Shown here piece after piece: positions 1-7,808 of a DNA stretch of 31,876 nucleotides; within the stretch, counting starts at the first letter, position 1, and each line of letters opens with the position of its first letter. Position numbers and translations under genes: made by a program. The notes beneath the pieces were generated by a model. That model searched no databases. It saw nothing but the letters and a program-made list of their open reading frames with translations, and had not been told where the DNA came from. The stretch comes from Angustibacter luteus (lineage in GTDB: Bacteria; Actinomycetota; Actinomycetes; Actinomycetales; Angustibacteraceae), in NCBI RefSeq assembly GCF_039541115.1, contig NZ_BAABFP010000005.1, positions 992,001 to 1,023,876 on the forward strand, given 5' to 3'.

Positions 1-32
1 CGCCAGCTGCCCCGCTCGCGTAACCTGGGGGC

Positions 33-701
33 ATGTCGTTGACCGTGGTCCACGAGGGATTCGTCCCGGACGCCGTGCCCTATCTCGACGGGTGGCAGCG
101 CCAGCGCGAGGTGCACGCCAGCGTCGTCGCAGGCGAGTCGCCGGACACGTTGCTGCTGCTCGAGCACGAGGCGGTGTACACCGCCGGGAAGCGCACCGAG
201 CCGCACGAGCGGCCGTTCGACAACACCCCGGTGGTGGACGTCGACCGCGGCGGCAAGATCACCTGGCACGGCCCCGGGCAGCTGGTCGGCTACCCGATCG
301 TCCGGCTGCCCGACCCGGTGGACGTCGTCGCCCACGTACGCCGGCTGGAGGGCGCGCTGATCGCCGTGTGCGCCGACCTCGGCCTGGAGACGACCCGGAT
401 CGACGGGCGCAGCGGCGTGTGGGTCCAGGCGGACCAGCGCGGGCCCGACCGCAAGCTCGGTGCGATCGGCATCCGGGTCTCGCAGGGCGTGACCATGCAC
501 GGTTTCGCACTGAACTGCGACTGCGACCTGTCGTGGGCCCGGATCATCGTGCCCTGCGGCATCTCGGACGCGGCCGTCACCTCGCTCAGCATCGAGCTGG
601 GGCGGGACGTGAGCGTCGCCGAGGTGCTACCGCTGGTCGAGCGCCGGGTCGTCGAGACGCTCGAGCAGGTCAGCCCCGGTCGTGCTCCTGCGCCTGCGTG
701 A
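33..701 (+). CDS. lipB: lipoyl(octanoyl) transferase
   Basis: Motifs [57 protein letters not shown]; upstream of lipA. TAACCT -10 at 21-26, 6 nt before ATG. Confidence 0.97.
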   Translation: MSLTVVHEGFVPDAVPYLDGWQRQREVHASVVAGESPDTLLLLEHEAVYTAGKRTEPHERPFDNTPVVDVDRGGKITWHGPGQLVGYPIVRLPDPVDVVAHVRRLEGALIAVCADLGLETTRIDGRSGVWVQADQRGPDRKLGAIGIRVSQGVTMHGFALNCDCDLSWARIIVPCGISDAAVTSLSIELGRDVSVAEVLPLVERRVVETLEQVSPGRAPAPA

Positions 702-828
702 TCATCCCGAGCACCAGGCCGGCCACCAGCCCGATGGCGGAGGACACGGCCGTGGCGCGCACCAGCGGGTGCGGCTGTCGGACCTGACCGGTCGACGGGA
801 CCTGCGACGTGACGGTGATGACAGCCAT
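670..828 (-). CDS. putative 52-aa single-pass membrane microprotein
   Basis: GAGGAGG RBS (834-840, minus strand) 5 nt before ATG; GC3-rich codons; hydrophobic stretch [17 protein letters not shown]; overlaps the lipB 3' end by 32 nt. Confidence 0.5.
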   Translation of the reverse strand: MAVITVTSQVPSTGQVRQPHPLVRATAVSSAIGLVAGLVLGMITQAQEHDRG

Positions 829-987
829 GGGGGCCTCCTCGGGACACTGACAGCCGTGATATCGGCTCACCGGGGGCTCGACCTGAGCGCTGGCGGTAGC
901 ACGTTCCGGGAATGCCACGCGCCCGGCGTAGGCTGAGGGGGTTGGTCCCGTCAGGCGGCGGGACCGTCCTGCGAGGAGGAGTGGCAC

Positions 988-1989
988 GTGACGATCGCGC
1001 CTGAGGGACGCAAGATGCTGCGTCTGGAGGCCCGGAACGCGCAGACCCCGATCGAGAAGAAGCCGTCCTGGATCAAGACCAAGGCGAGCATGGGTCCGCA
1101 GTACACCGAGCTGAAGTCCCTGGTGAAGGGCGAGGGTCTGCACACCGTCTGCCAGGAGGCCGGCTGCCCCAACATCTTCGAGTGCTGGGAGGACCGCGAG
1201 GCCACCTTCCTGATCGGCGGCGAGCAGTGCACCCGTCGCTGCGACTTCTGCCAGATCGACACCGGCAAGCCCAGCGACCTGGACCGTGACGAGCCCCGCC
1301 GCGTCGCCGAGTCCGTCGCAACCATGGGCCTGCGCTACGCCACCATCACCGGTGTCGCCCGCGACGACCTGCCGGACGGCGGAGCCTGGCTGTACGCCGA
1401 GACCATCCGCCAGGTGCACGCGCTCAACCCCGGTACCGGTGTGGAGATCCTGATCCCGGACTTCAACGGCATCCCGGCGCAGGTCAACCAGGTCATCGAC
1501 GCCGCCCCGCAGGTCTTCGCGCACAACGTCGAGACCGTGCCGCGCATCTTCAAGCGGATCCGCCCGGCCTTCCGGTACCAGCGCTCGCTCGACGTGATCA
1601 CGATGGGCCGGGACGCCGGGCTGGTCACCAAGTCGAACCTCATCCTCGGCATGGGTGAGACCCGCGAGGAGATCAGCGAGGCGCTGCGCGACCTGCACGA
1701 GGCCGGCTGCGACCTGATCACCATCACCCAGTACCTGCGCCCGAGCCCGCGGCACCACCCGGTCGAGCGCTGGGTGAAGCCCGAGGAGTTCGTCGAGCTG
1801 TCCGACGAGGCGACCGAGCTCGGCTTCGCCGGCGTGATGGCCGGGCCGCTGGTCCGCTCGTCGTACCGGGCCGGCCGGCTCTGGGCCCAGGCCATGCAGC
1901 GCCGCGGCGACGAGCTGCCCGAGGAGCTGGCCCACCTCGCCCAGGCGGGCACCGCCTCGCAGGAGGCCGCTAGCCTGCTGGCTCGCTGA
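988..1989 (+). CDS. lipA: lipoyl synthase (radical SAM)
   Basis: [12 protein letters not shown] (Cx4Cx5C), CTRRCDFC (Cx3Cx2C) and RSSY motifs; GAGGAGGAG RBS before GTG. Confidence 0.98.
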   Translation: MTIAPEGRKMLRLEARNAQTPIEKKPSWIKTKASMGPQYTELKSLVKGEGLHTVCQEAGCPNIFECWEDREATFLIGGEQCTRRCDFCQIDTGKPSDLDRDEPRRVAESVATMGLRYATITGVARDDLPDGGAWLYAETIRQVHALNPGTGVEILIPDFNGIPAQVNQVIDAAPQVFAHNVETVPRIFKRIRPAFRYQRSLDVITMGRDAGLVTKSNLILGMGETREEISEALRDLHEAGCDLITITQYLRPSPRHHPVERWVKPEEFVELSDEATELGFAGVMAGPLVRSSYRAGRLWAQAMQRRGDELPEELAHLAQAGTASQEAASLLAR

Positions 1990-2044
1990 GCAAGACCCCC
2001 CACCGCCCTACCGCACCCGCCGCACGAACTCGAGGAACTCCACG

Positions 2045-2776
2045 ATGGCCCGCACTACCGACTCCGCCGCCGAGCCCGCCAAGAAGCAGCGCTTCAAGCG
2101 GCTCCGGACGATCGGCGCCGCCTTCAGCCAGGCCCGCACGCTCGACCCTGCCGTGGTCTGGTGGATGCTCGGCGCCTTCGTGCTCGTCGAGGCCGTGTTC
2201 GTCGTGCTCGGCATCGTGATCGGGCACACGATCTACCTGTCCGTGCTCGGCGTGCCGATGGCCGTGCTCGCAGCCGGCGTCATCATGGTCCGCCGCACCG
2301 AGCGGGCCGCCTACGGGCGGCTCGAGGGCCAGGTCGGTGGCGGCGGCGCCGCCCTCGGCGCCCTGCGGAAGGGATGGTTCCGGGACGAGCAGCCGGTGGC
2401 CATCGAGGCCACCAAGCCGGGCGACATGGCCAGCGCGGCGATGGTCTTCCGGGCGATCGGGCGGCCGGGCGTGGTCCTGGTCCTCGAAGGGCCGGCCGGG
2501 CGAGCCCAGCGGCTCGGCGACAAGGAGCGCAAGCGGGTCAGTCGCGTCGTCCCGAACGTGCCGGTCACGCTGATCCGGATCGGCACCGGCGACGACGAGG
2601 TGCCGGTGCGCAAGCTCGTCGGCAAGCTCAACCGGATGCGTCCGGCACTGTCCAAGGACGAGGTCATCGCGGTGAACAAGCGGCTGCGGGCGCTCGGCTC
2701 GACGCCGCTGCCGGTGCCCAAGGGCATCGACCCGACCCGCGCGCGCCCCGACCGCAAGGGCATGCGCGGCCGCTGA
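2045..2776 (+). CDS. DUF4191 family membrane protein (Rv2219-like)
   Basis: Two N-terminal TM helices, GRPGVVLVLEG, C-terminal PVPKGIDP; conserved position after lipA in Actinobacteria. Confidence 0.88.
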   Translation: MARTTDSAAEPAKKQRFKRLRTIGAAFSQARTLDPAVVWWMLGAFVLVEAVFVVLGIVIGHTIYLSVLGVPMAVLAAGVIMVRRTERAAYGRLEGQVGGGGAALGALRKGWFRDEQPVAIEATKPGDMASAAMVFRAIGRPGVVLVLEGPAGRAQRLGDKERKRVSRVVPNVPVTLIRIGTGDDEVPVRKLVGKLNRMRPALSKDEVIAVNKRLRALGSTPLPVPKGIDPTRARPDRKGMRGR

Positions 2777-2829
2777 CCCCTGCGGCAGCCTGGTCACCGC
2801 AGTCACGTTTCTCCACTTCTTCACCTGAG

Positions 2830-2845
2830 GACACACGGCCGTAAC
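2830..2845 (+). promoter_or_regulatory. putative GlnR box upstream of small ORF
   Basis: GACAC-n6-GTAAC (AC-n9-AC) with further GTCAC/TTCAC half-sites at 2793-2824. Confidence 0.5.
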
Positions 2846-2909
2846 CTGCGACCGGTCTACTGGGACTCGTCGAGAAGCCAGCACGACGACGACGCCAGGG
2901 GAGGCACTC

Positions 2910-3110
2910 ATGGTCCAGAACGTGACGACGACCAACCAGGCCCTACGGATCATGGGCGTGTGGGTCCGCCGAGCGGACGCCGTGCTGTCCGAGGGCGCCA
3001 TCGCCAACGCGGCCCGCGCCGTCGAGGCCGAGCGTGGCCGGCTGGCCCGTCAGGCCAGCGAGCTGGACGCGCTCGACCTGGCCTCGCGGCCCGTCCGGCT
3101 CGCCAGCTGA
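2910..3110 (+). CDS. small helical protein, possibly SCO2195-like (GlnR-regulated)
   Basis: AGGGGAGG RBS; 66 aa; AIANAARAVEAERGR segment; lipA-glnA neighbourhood; upstream GlnR-like site. The family assignment is an inference. Confidence 0.65.
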   Translation: MVQNVTTTNQALRIMGVWVRRADAVLSEGAIANAARAVEAERGRLARQASELDALDLASRPVRLAS

Positions 3111-3158
3111 ACGCCTGCTGACCCCAGACCGCAGGTCGATCCGGTGCTGTGCAGGGCC

Positions 3159-3578
3159 TCAGGCCCTGCGCAGCACCGTGCCCATGAACTGGTCGTGCAG
3201 GCCGCGCTGGTCGCGGTCCCAGATCAGCGCCGGTACCGCGAGCGACAGCAGCACGGCGCGTCCGAGCGCCCGCAGCGGGTCGACGGCGGCGCCGTCCACC
3301 CGGGTGACCCGCAGCCCCAGCGCCAGGTGGCCCGGTCCCGCGTTGAACGCGCTGACGAAGACGGCCTGGAAGGCCGCGAAGACGCCGAGGGTCACCCACT
3401 CGTTGCCATGCAGCAGCACCCGCGAGATCAGCAGCGCCAAGCCCCAGTCCAGGGCGAGCGCCGCCAGCCGTCGTCCGATCCGGGCGACCGAACCCCGGCC
3501 CTCCTCGGGCAGGCCCAGCCGCTCCCCCGGGTAGTCGGCAGCCGCCGCTGCAACCGGCTCGGCGTTGTCGTCGTCCAC
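3159..3578 (-). CDS. RDD family membrane protein
   Basis: [47 protein letters not shown]; divergent from glnA1 as in other Actinobacteria. Confidence 0.92.
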   Translation of the reverse strand: MDDDNAEPVAAAAADYPGERLGLPEEGRGSVARIGRRLAALALDWGLALLISRVLLHGNEWVTLGVFAAFQAVFVSAFNAGPGHLALGLRVTRVDGAAVDPLRALGRAVLLSLAVPALIWDRDQRGLHDQFMGTVLRRA

Positions 3579-3611
3579 CCGCGCAGCCTACGGGCCGCCG
3601 CGACGGCAGAT

Positions 3612-3695
3612 TTCACCTCCCCGATACCGGGCGCCCGCCTCGTAACCTCAGGGAAACATTCGAGACACTGACGGGAAACCGCCGCTGCCTAGCGT
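3612..3695 (+). promoter_or_regulatory. GlnR-dependent glnA1 promoter
   Basis: GTAAC-n6-GAAAC-n6-GACAC-n6-GAAAC (3642-3679) matches the tandem GlnR a/b consensus; extra TTCAC-n6-GATAC (3612-3627); -10 TAGCGT at 3690-3695. Confidence 0.88.
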
Positions 3696-3733
3696 TCGGA
3701 TCGGTAGTGGATCCCGCCCCACAAGGAGGATGG

Positions 3734-5158
3734 ATGTTCAGCAACGCCGACGAGGTCATGAAGTACATCAAGGACGAGGACGTGAAGTTCGTCGACGTCC
3801 GCTTCTGCGACCTGCCGGGCGTGATGCAGCACTTCAACGTGCCCGCAGTCTCCTGTGACGCGGAGTTCTTCACCAACGGCCAGATGTTCGACGGCTCGTC
3901 GATCCGCGGTTTCCAGGCGATCCACGAGTCCGACATGAAGCTCATCCCCGACGTCGAGACGTCGTTCATCGACCCCTTCCGGGTCGAGAAGACGCTGGTC
4001 GTCAACTTCTCCATCGTGGACCCGTACACCGACGAGCCGTACAGCCGCGACCCCCGCCAGGTGGCCGCCAAGGCCGAGGCGTACCTGAAGTCGACCGGCA
4101 TCGCGGACACGGCGTTCTTCGCCCCCGAGGCCGAGTTCTACATCTTCGACGACGTCCGCTTCGAGACGAAGCAGAACGCCAGCTACTACTACATCGACTC
4201 CATCGAGGGCGCCTGGAACACCGGTCGCGTCGAGGAGGGTGGCAACCTCGGCCACAAGACGCCGTACAAGGGCGGGTACTTCCCGGTCCCGCCGGTCGAC
4301 CACTTCGCCGACCTGCGCGACCAGATCGTGCTCGAGCTCGACGCCCTGGGCCTGCAGGTGGAGCGTTCGCACCACGAGGTCGGCACCGCGGGGCAGGCGG
4401 AGATCAACTACCGCTTCGACTCGCTCGCCAAGTCCGCCGACAAGGTGATGCTCTTCAAGTACGTCGTGAAGAACGTCGCGCACCAGCACGGCAAGACCGC
4501 CACCTTCATGCCGAAGCCGCTCTTCGGTGACAACGGCTCGGGCATGCACTGCCACCAGTCGCTGTGGAAGGACGGCGAGCCGCTGTTCTACGACGAGCGC
4601 GGCTACGGCGGCCTGTCCGACACGGCCCGCTGGTACATCGGCGGTCTGCTCAAGCACGCGCCGTCCCTGCTGGCGTTCACCAACCCGACGGTGAACTCCT
4701 ACCACCGGCTGGTGCCCGGCTACGAGGCGCCGGTCAACCTGGTGTACTCGGCCCGCAACCGCTCGGCCTGCGTGCGCATCCCGGTCACCGGGTCGAACCC
4801 GAAGGCCAAGCGCATCGAGTTCCGCGTGCCGGACCCGTCGAGCAACCCGTACCTGGCGTTCTCGGCGATGCTGATGGCCGGCATCGACGGCATCCGCAAC
4901 CGGATCGAGCCGCCGGACCCGATCGACAAGGACCTCTACGAGCTGCCGCCGGAGGAGCACGCCTCCATCCAGCAGGTGCCCGGCACGCTCTCCGAGGTGC
5001 TGGACTCGCTCGAGGCCGACCACGACTTCCTCACCGAGGGTGACGTGTTCACGCCGGACCTGATCGCCACCTGGATCGACTTCAAGCGGACCAACGAGGT
5101 GGACCCCATCCGCCTGCGGCCGCACCCGCACGAGTTCGAGCTCTACTTCGACCTCTGA
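3734..5158 (+). CDS. glnA: glutamine synthetase type I-beta
   Basis: [45 protein letters not shown], adenylylation motif KDLYELPP. Start set at ATG 3734 after AAGGAGG. Confidence 0.98.
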   Translation: MFSNADEVMKYIKDEDVKFVDVRFCDLPGVMQHFNVPAVSCDAEFFTNGQMFDGSSIRGFQAIHESDMKLIPDVETSFIDPFRVEKTLVVNFSIVDPYTDEPYSRDPRQVAAKAEAYLKSTGIADTAFFAPEAEFYIFDDVRFETKQNASYYYIDSIEGAWNTGRVEEGGNLGHKTPYKGGYFPVPPVDHFADLRDQIVLELDALGLQVERSHHEVGTAGQAEINYRFDSLAKSADKVMLFKYVVKNVAHQHGKTATFMPKPLFGDNGSGMHCHQSLWKDGEPLFYDERGYGGLSDTARWYIGGLLKHAPSLLAFTNPTVNSYHRLVPGYEAPVNLVYSARNRSACVRIPVTGSNPKAKRIEFRVPDPSSNPYLAFSAMLMAGIDGIRNRIEPPDPIDKDLYELPPEEHASIQQVPGTLSEVLDSLEADHDFLTEGDVFTPDLIATWIDFKRTNEVDPIRLRPHPHEFELYFDL

Positions 5159-5160
5159 CG

Positions 5161-5188
5161 GTCCGGCGCGCTCCCTGACGCGCCGGAC
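5161..5188 (+). terminator. GC-rich hairpin after glnA1
   Basis: GTCCGGCGCG-ctccctga-CGCGCCGGAC, a perfect 10-bp stem just after the stop; no U-tract. Confidence 0.6.
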
Positions 5189-5192
5189 AGAT

Positions 5193-5232
5193 CGTGGCAA
5201 CGGCGTTCGCCCTGGCGGACGCCGTTGCCACG
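5193..5232. repeat. REP-like palindrome, copy 1
   Basis: CGTGGCAACGGCGT-tcgccctggcgg-ACGCCGTTGCCACG. Confidence 0.85.
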
Positions 5233-5264
5233 TTGTCGGGCCAGGTGGGTCGTAGGCTCGACGG

Positions 5265-5585
5265 ATGTACTTCATCGTGGTCAAGTTCCAGACCAAGCCG
5301 GAGTGGACCGATCGCTGGCTCGACCTGGTGGCCGACTTCACCTCGGCGACCCGCCAGGAGCCCGGCAACCTGTGGTTCGAGTGGTCGCGCAGCGTGGACG
5401 ACCCGGCCGAGTTCGTCCTCGTCGAGGCGTTCACGGACGACGGCGCCGGGCCGCACGTGAACAGCGCGCACTTCAAGAAGGCGACCGCCGAGCTCGGTCA
5501 GGCGCTGACCGCCACACCGCGGATCGTGAGCCGCCAGGTCGAGGGGTCCGGCTGGGACGAGATGGGCGAGATCACGGTCGCCTAG
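5265..5585 (+). CDS. antibiotic biosynthesis monooxygenase (ABM) / putative quinol monooxygenase
   Basis: TRQEPGNLWFEWSRS...FVLVEAF...HVNSAHF pattern; 106 aa. Confidence 0.88.
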   Translation: MYFIVVKFQTKPEWTDRWLDLVADFTSATRQEPGNLWFEWSRSVDDPAEFVLVEAFTDDGAGPHVNSAHFKKATAELGQALTATPRIVSRQVEGSGWDEMGEITVA

Positions 5586-6385
5586 GTGGCCGGGCGCCGG
5601 GCCCAGGCCTGCACGATCCGCGGAGACCCCACGAGCGTGCTGTCGTCGTCCGCGAGCGCGGCCAGCGCCTCGCAGGCCCAGGCGATCTCCGCCTCGGTCG
5701 CGATCCCGGCGTCCAGCATCGCGTCGGCGGTGGCCTGGACGGTCAGCAGTGGCATCGACTTCGGCTCCCCCACCAGGTCCGCCCGCTGCACCACCCGGGT
5801 CTGCGGCGACGGTGCACCGACGGCCAGGAGGTGGGCAGCCACCTTGCGGCCACTCTGCGGGTCGCCCCCGTAGCTGCGCAGCACCCGCTGGTACCGGTCC
5901 ACCCAGAAGTCGAACCCGGCGTGCGGCGGGTAGCAGAACGAGCCCTCGAAGTCCGCGTCCTCCAGCACGAGCACGCCGCCGGGGCGGACCGCCTCCCACA
6001 TGCTCCGGACGACGCTGACGGGGCGAGTCAGGTGCTGCAACAGGTTGCGGCAGTAGGCGAGGTCGTACGTGCTGGGCTCCGCGAGGTCGTGCACGTCCAG
6101 CTCGACGAGGTCCACCCAGGTGAGTCCCTCGTCGGCGGCGCGCTCGCGGACGACGTCCAGCGTGACCGCGTCCATGTCCACGCCGGTCACCCGACCCGTG
6201 GGCCCCACCCGCCGGGCCAGCTCGAGTGTCACGTCGCCGGCGCCGCAGCCGACGTCCAGGCACGTCTGCCCCGACGCCACGCCCGCCAGATCGAGCAGGT
6301 CGCCCGTCGTCGCCGCCCAGCTGCGGGCCAGCACCTGCAGCCGGTCGGCCCCGGCCGCGCCACCACGGATCACGTACCGATCCAT
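5582..6385 (-). CDS. class I SAM-dependent methyltransferase
   Basis: CLDVGCGAG motif I, VTGVDMD, YDLAYCRNLLQHL, VRPGGVLVLED. Confidence 0.92.
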   Translation of the reverse strand: MDRYVIRGGAAGADRLQVLARSWAATTGDLLDLAGVASGQTCLDVGCGAGDVTLELARRVGPTGRVTGVDMDAVTLDVVRERAADEGLTWVDLVELDVHDLAEPSTYDLAYCRNLLQHLTRPVSVVRSMWEAVRPGGVLVLEDADFEGSFCYPPHAGFDFWVDRYQRVLRSYGGDPQSGRKVAAHLLAVGAPSPQTRVVQRADLVGEPKSMPLLTVQATADAMLDAGIATEAEIAWACEALAALADDDSTLVGSPRIVQAWARRPAT

Positions 6386-6470
6386 GCCTGGAGGCTAGTC
6401 CTCCCGACGCCCAGCGGACTCCCAGGCACAGCGCCGTACTCGTCCAGACAGCGCCCCTAGCGTGGACGGC

Positions 6471-7367
6471 ATGAGCCACCAGGACGCGCACCACGACGCG
6501 CATGACGACGAGCACGACGACGAGCACGACCGCGGCCTGTCGCACGACCTGCCGACCCTGCTGAGCCGGCGTCGGGCCCTCACCCTCGTAGGCGGAGCCG
6601 GGCTGGTGGCCGCGCTGGCGGCGTGTGGCGCCGGAGGGGATGACGCCTCCGGCTCGACGAGCCAGACCCAGCAGGGTCCGCCGGACGGCGGTGGCCCCGG
6701 CGGAGGTGCGCCGCAGTCCAACGTCTCGGTCGGCGACGGCGAGATCCCGGAGGAGACCGGCGGCCCGTACCCGGCGGACGGCACCAACGGCACCAACGTG
6801 CTGACGGAGTCCGGCATCGTGCGCAGCGACCTGCGATCGAGCTTCGGCGACGCCAGCGCGGTGGCCGAGGGCGTCCCCCTGACCTTCACGCTCACGGTCG
6901 TGGACGTCAGCGGCAGCGACGACGCGGGCAAGCCGGCCGCGGGCGCCGCCGTGTACGCGTGGCACTGCGACCGCGAGGGCCGCTACTCGATGTACGACGA
7001 CGCCATCAAGGGCGAGAACTACCTGCGCGGTGTGCAGGAGGCCGACGCCGACGGCAAGGTCACCTTCACCTCGATCTTCCCGGCCTGCTACTCCGGTCGT
7101 TGGCCGCACATCCACTTCGAGGTCTACCCCAGCACGGACGACGCGACGTCGGCCTCGAACCGGATGCGGACGTCGCAGCTGGCCCTGCCCGAGGACGTCT
7201 GCCGCGAGGTCTACGCCACCTCCGGCTACGAGGCCAGCGTGGCGAACCTCGGCCAGGTCAGCCTGGACTCCGACAACGTCTTCTCCGACGGGTACTCGCT
7301 GCAGCTGGCCAAGGTCACCGGCTCGACCAACGCCGGCTACCAGGCCAACCTGCGCGTCCCGATCTAG
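6471..7367 (+). CDS. intradiol ring-cleavage dioxygenase-like Tat lipoprotein
   Basis: SRRRAL twin-arginine motif, hydrophobic segment and LAAC lipobox; ETGGPYP, WHCDREGRYSMY, LRGVQ, IFPACYSGRWPHIHF (Tyr/Tyr/His/His iron ligands). Start set at ATG 6471. Confidence 0.88.
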   Translation: MSHQDAHHDAHDDEHDDEHDRGLSHDLPTLLSRRRALTLVGGAGLVAALAACGAGGDDASGSTSQTQQGPPDGGGPGGGAPQSNVSVGDGEIPEETGGPYPADGTNGTNVLTESGIVRSDLRSSFGDASAVAEGVPLTFTLTVVDVSGSDDAGKPAAGAAVYAWHCDREGRYSMYDDAIKGENYLRGVQEADADGKVTFTSIFPACYSGRWPHIHFEVYPSTDDATSASNRMRTSQLALPEDVCREVYATSGYEASVANLGQVSLDSDNVFSDGYSLQLAKVTGSTNAGYQANLRVPI

Positions 7368-7384
7368 CCCGTTGAGATGTCCAG

Positions 7385-7424
7385 CGTGGCAACGGCGTTC
7401 GCTCTGACGCACGCCGTTGCCACG
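7385..7424. repeat. REP-like palindrome, copy 2
   Basis: CGTGGCAACGGCGT-tcgctctgacgc-ACGCCGTTGCCACG; arms identical to copy 1; lies between convergent genes. Confidence 0.85.
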
Positions 7425-7440
7425 GTGTCACTCGGCGAGG

Positions 7441-7791
7441 TTAGGAGCTGACCTGGTCGAGGTGCTGCAGCAGGTCGTGCGCCGCGAGCTCGACGTCCTT
7501 GTGCCGCCACTCGGAGGCGCGGTAGACGCAGGCGATCAGCGCGGTCCGGTGCACCCGGCGGAAGTCCCCCGCGACGAACGCGAAGCGGGCCTTGGTCTCC
7601 TCGCTCGCGCCCGCGGTGAGCCCGAGGTGCCACGCGCCGTACTCGGCCCACGAGTGACGTTCGAGGTAGTCGTTCTGCGCGGCCGCGCCAGGCTGGACGT
7701 CGCCCCAGTCGCTGTCCAGCACGTACTGCCGCTTGTCGATCAGCGCCCTGACGTGCGCCACGGCGTCGGGGTTGACCTCGTACGTCGCCAT
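7441..7791 (-). CDS. hypothetical protein (116 aa)
   Basis: Typical codon bias and globular composition; converges on the dioxygenase-like gene. Confidence 0.8.
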   Translation of the reverse strand: MATYEVNPDAVAHVRALIDKRQYVLDSDWGDVQPGAAAQNDYLERHSWAEYGAWHLGLTAGASEETKARFAFVAGDFRRVHRTALIACVYRASEWRHKDVELAAHDLLQHLDQVSS

Positions 7792-7808
7792 GGCGACATG
7801 GTGGCACG

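Noticed and set aside
944..965. Hairpin GGTCCCG...CGGGACC in the lipA leader as a riboswitch
   Set aside because: Single small stem that does not cover the SD and resembles no known aptamer; at most a 5' stabiliser.
5193..7424. Palindromic repeats as a CRISPR array
   Set aside because: Copies are kilobases apart with genes between them, there is no regular spacer structure, and no cas genes are present.
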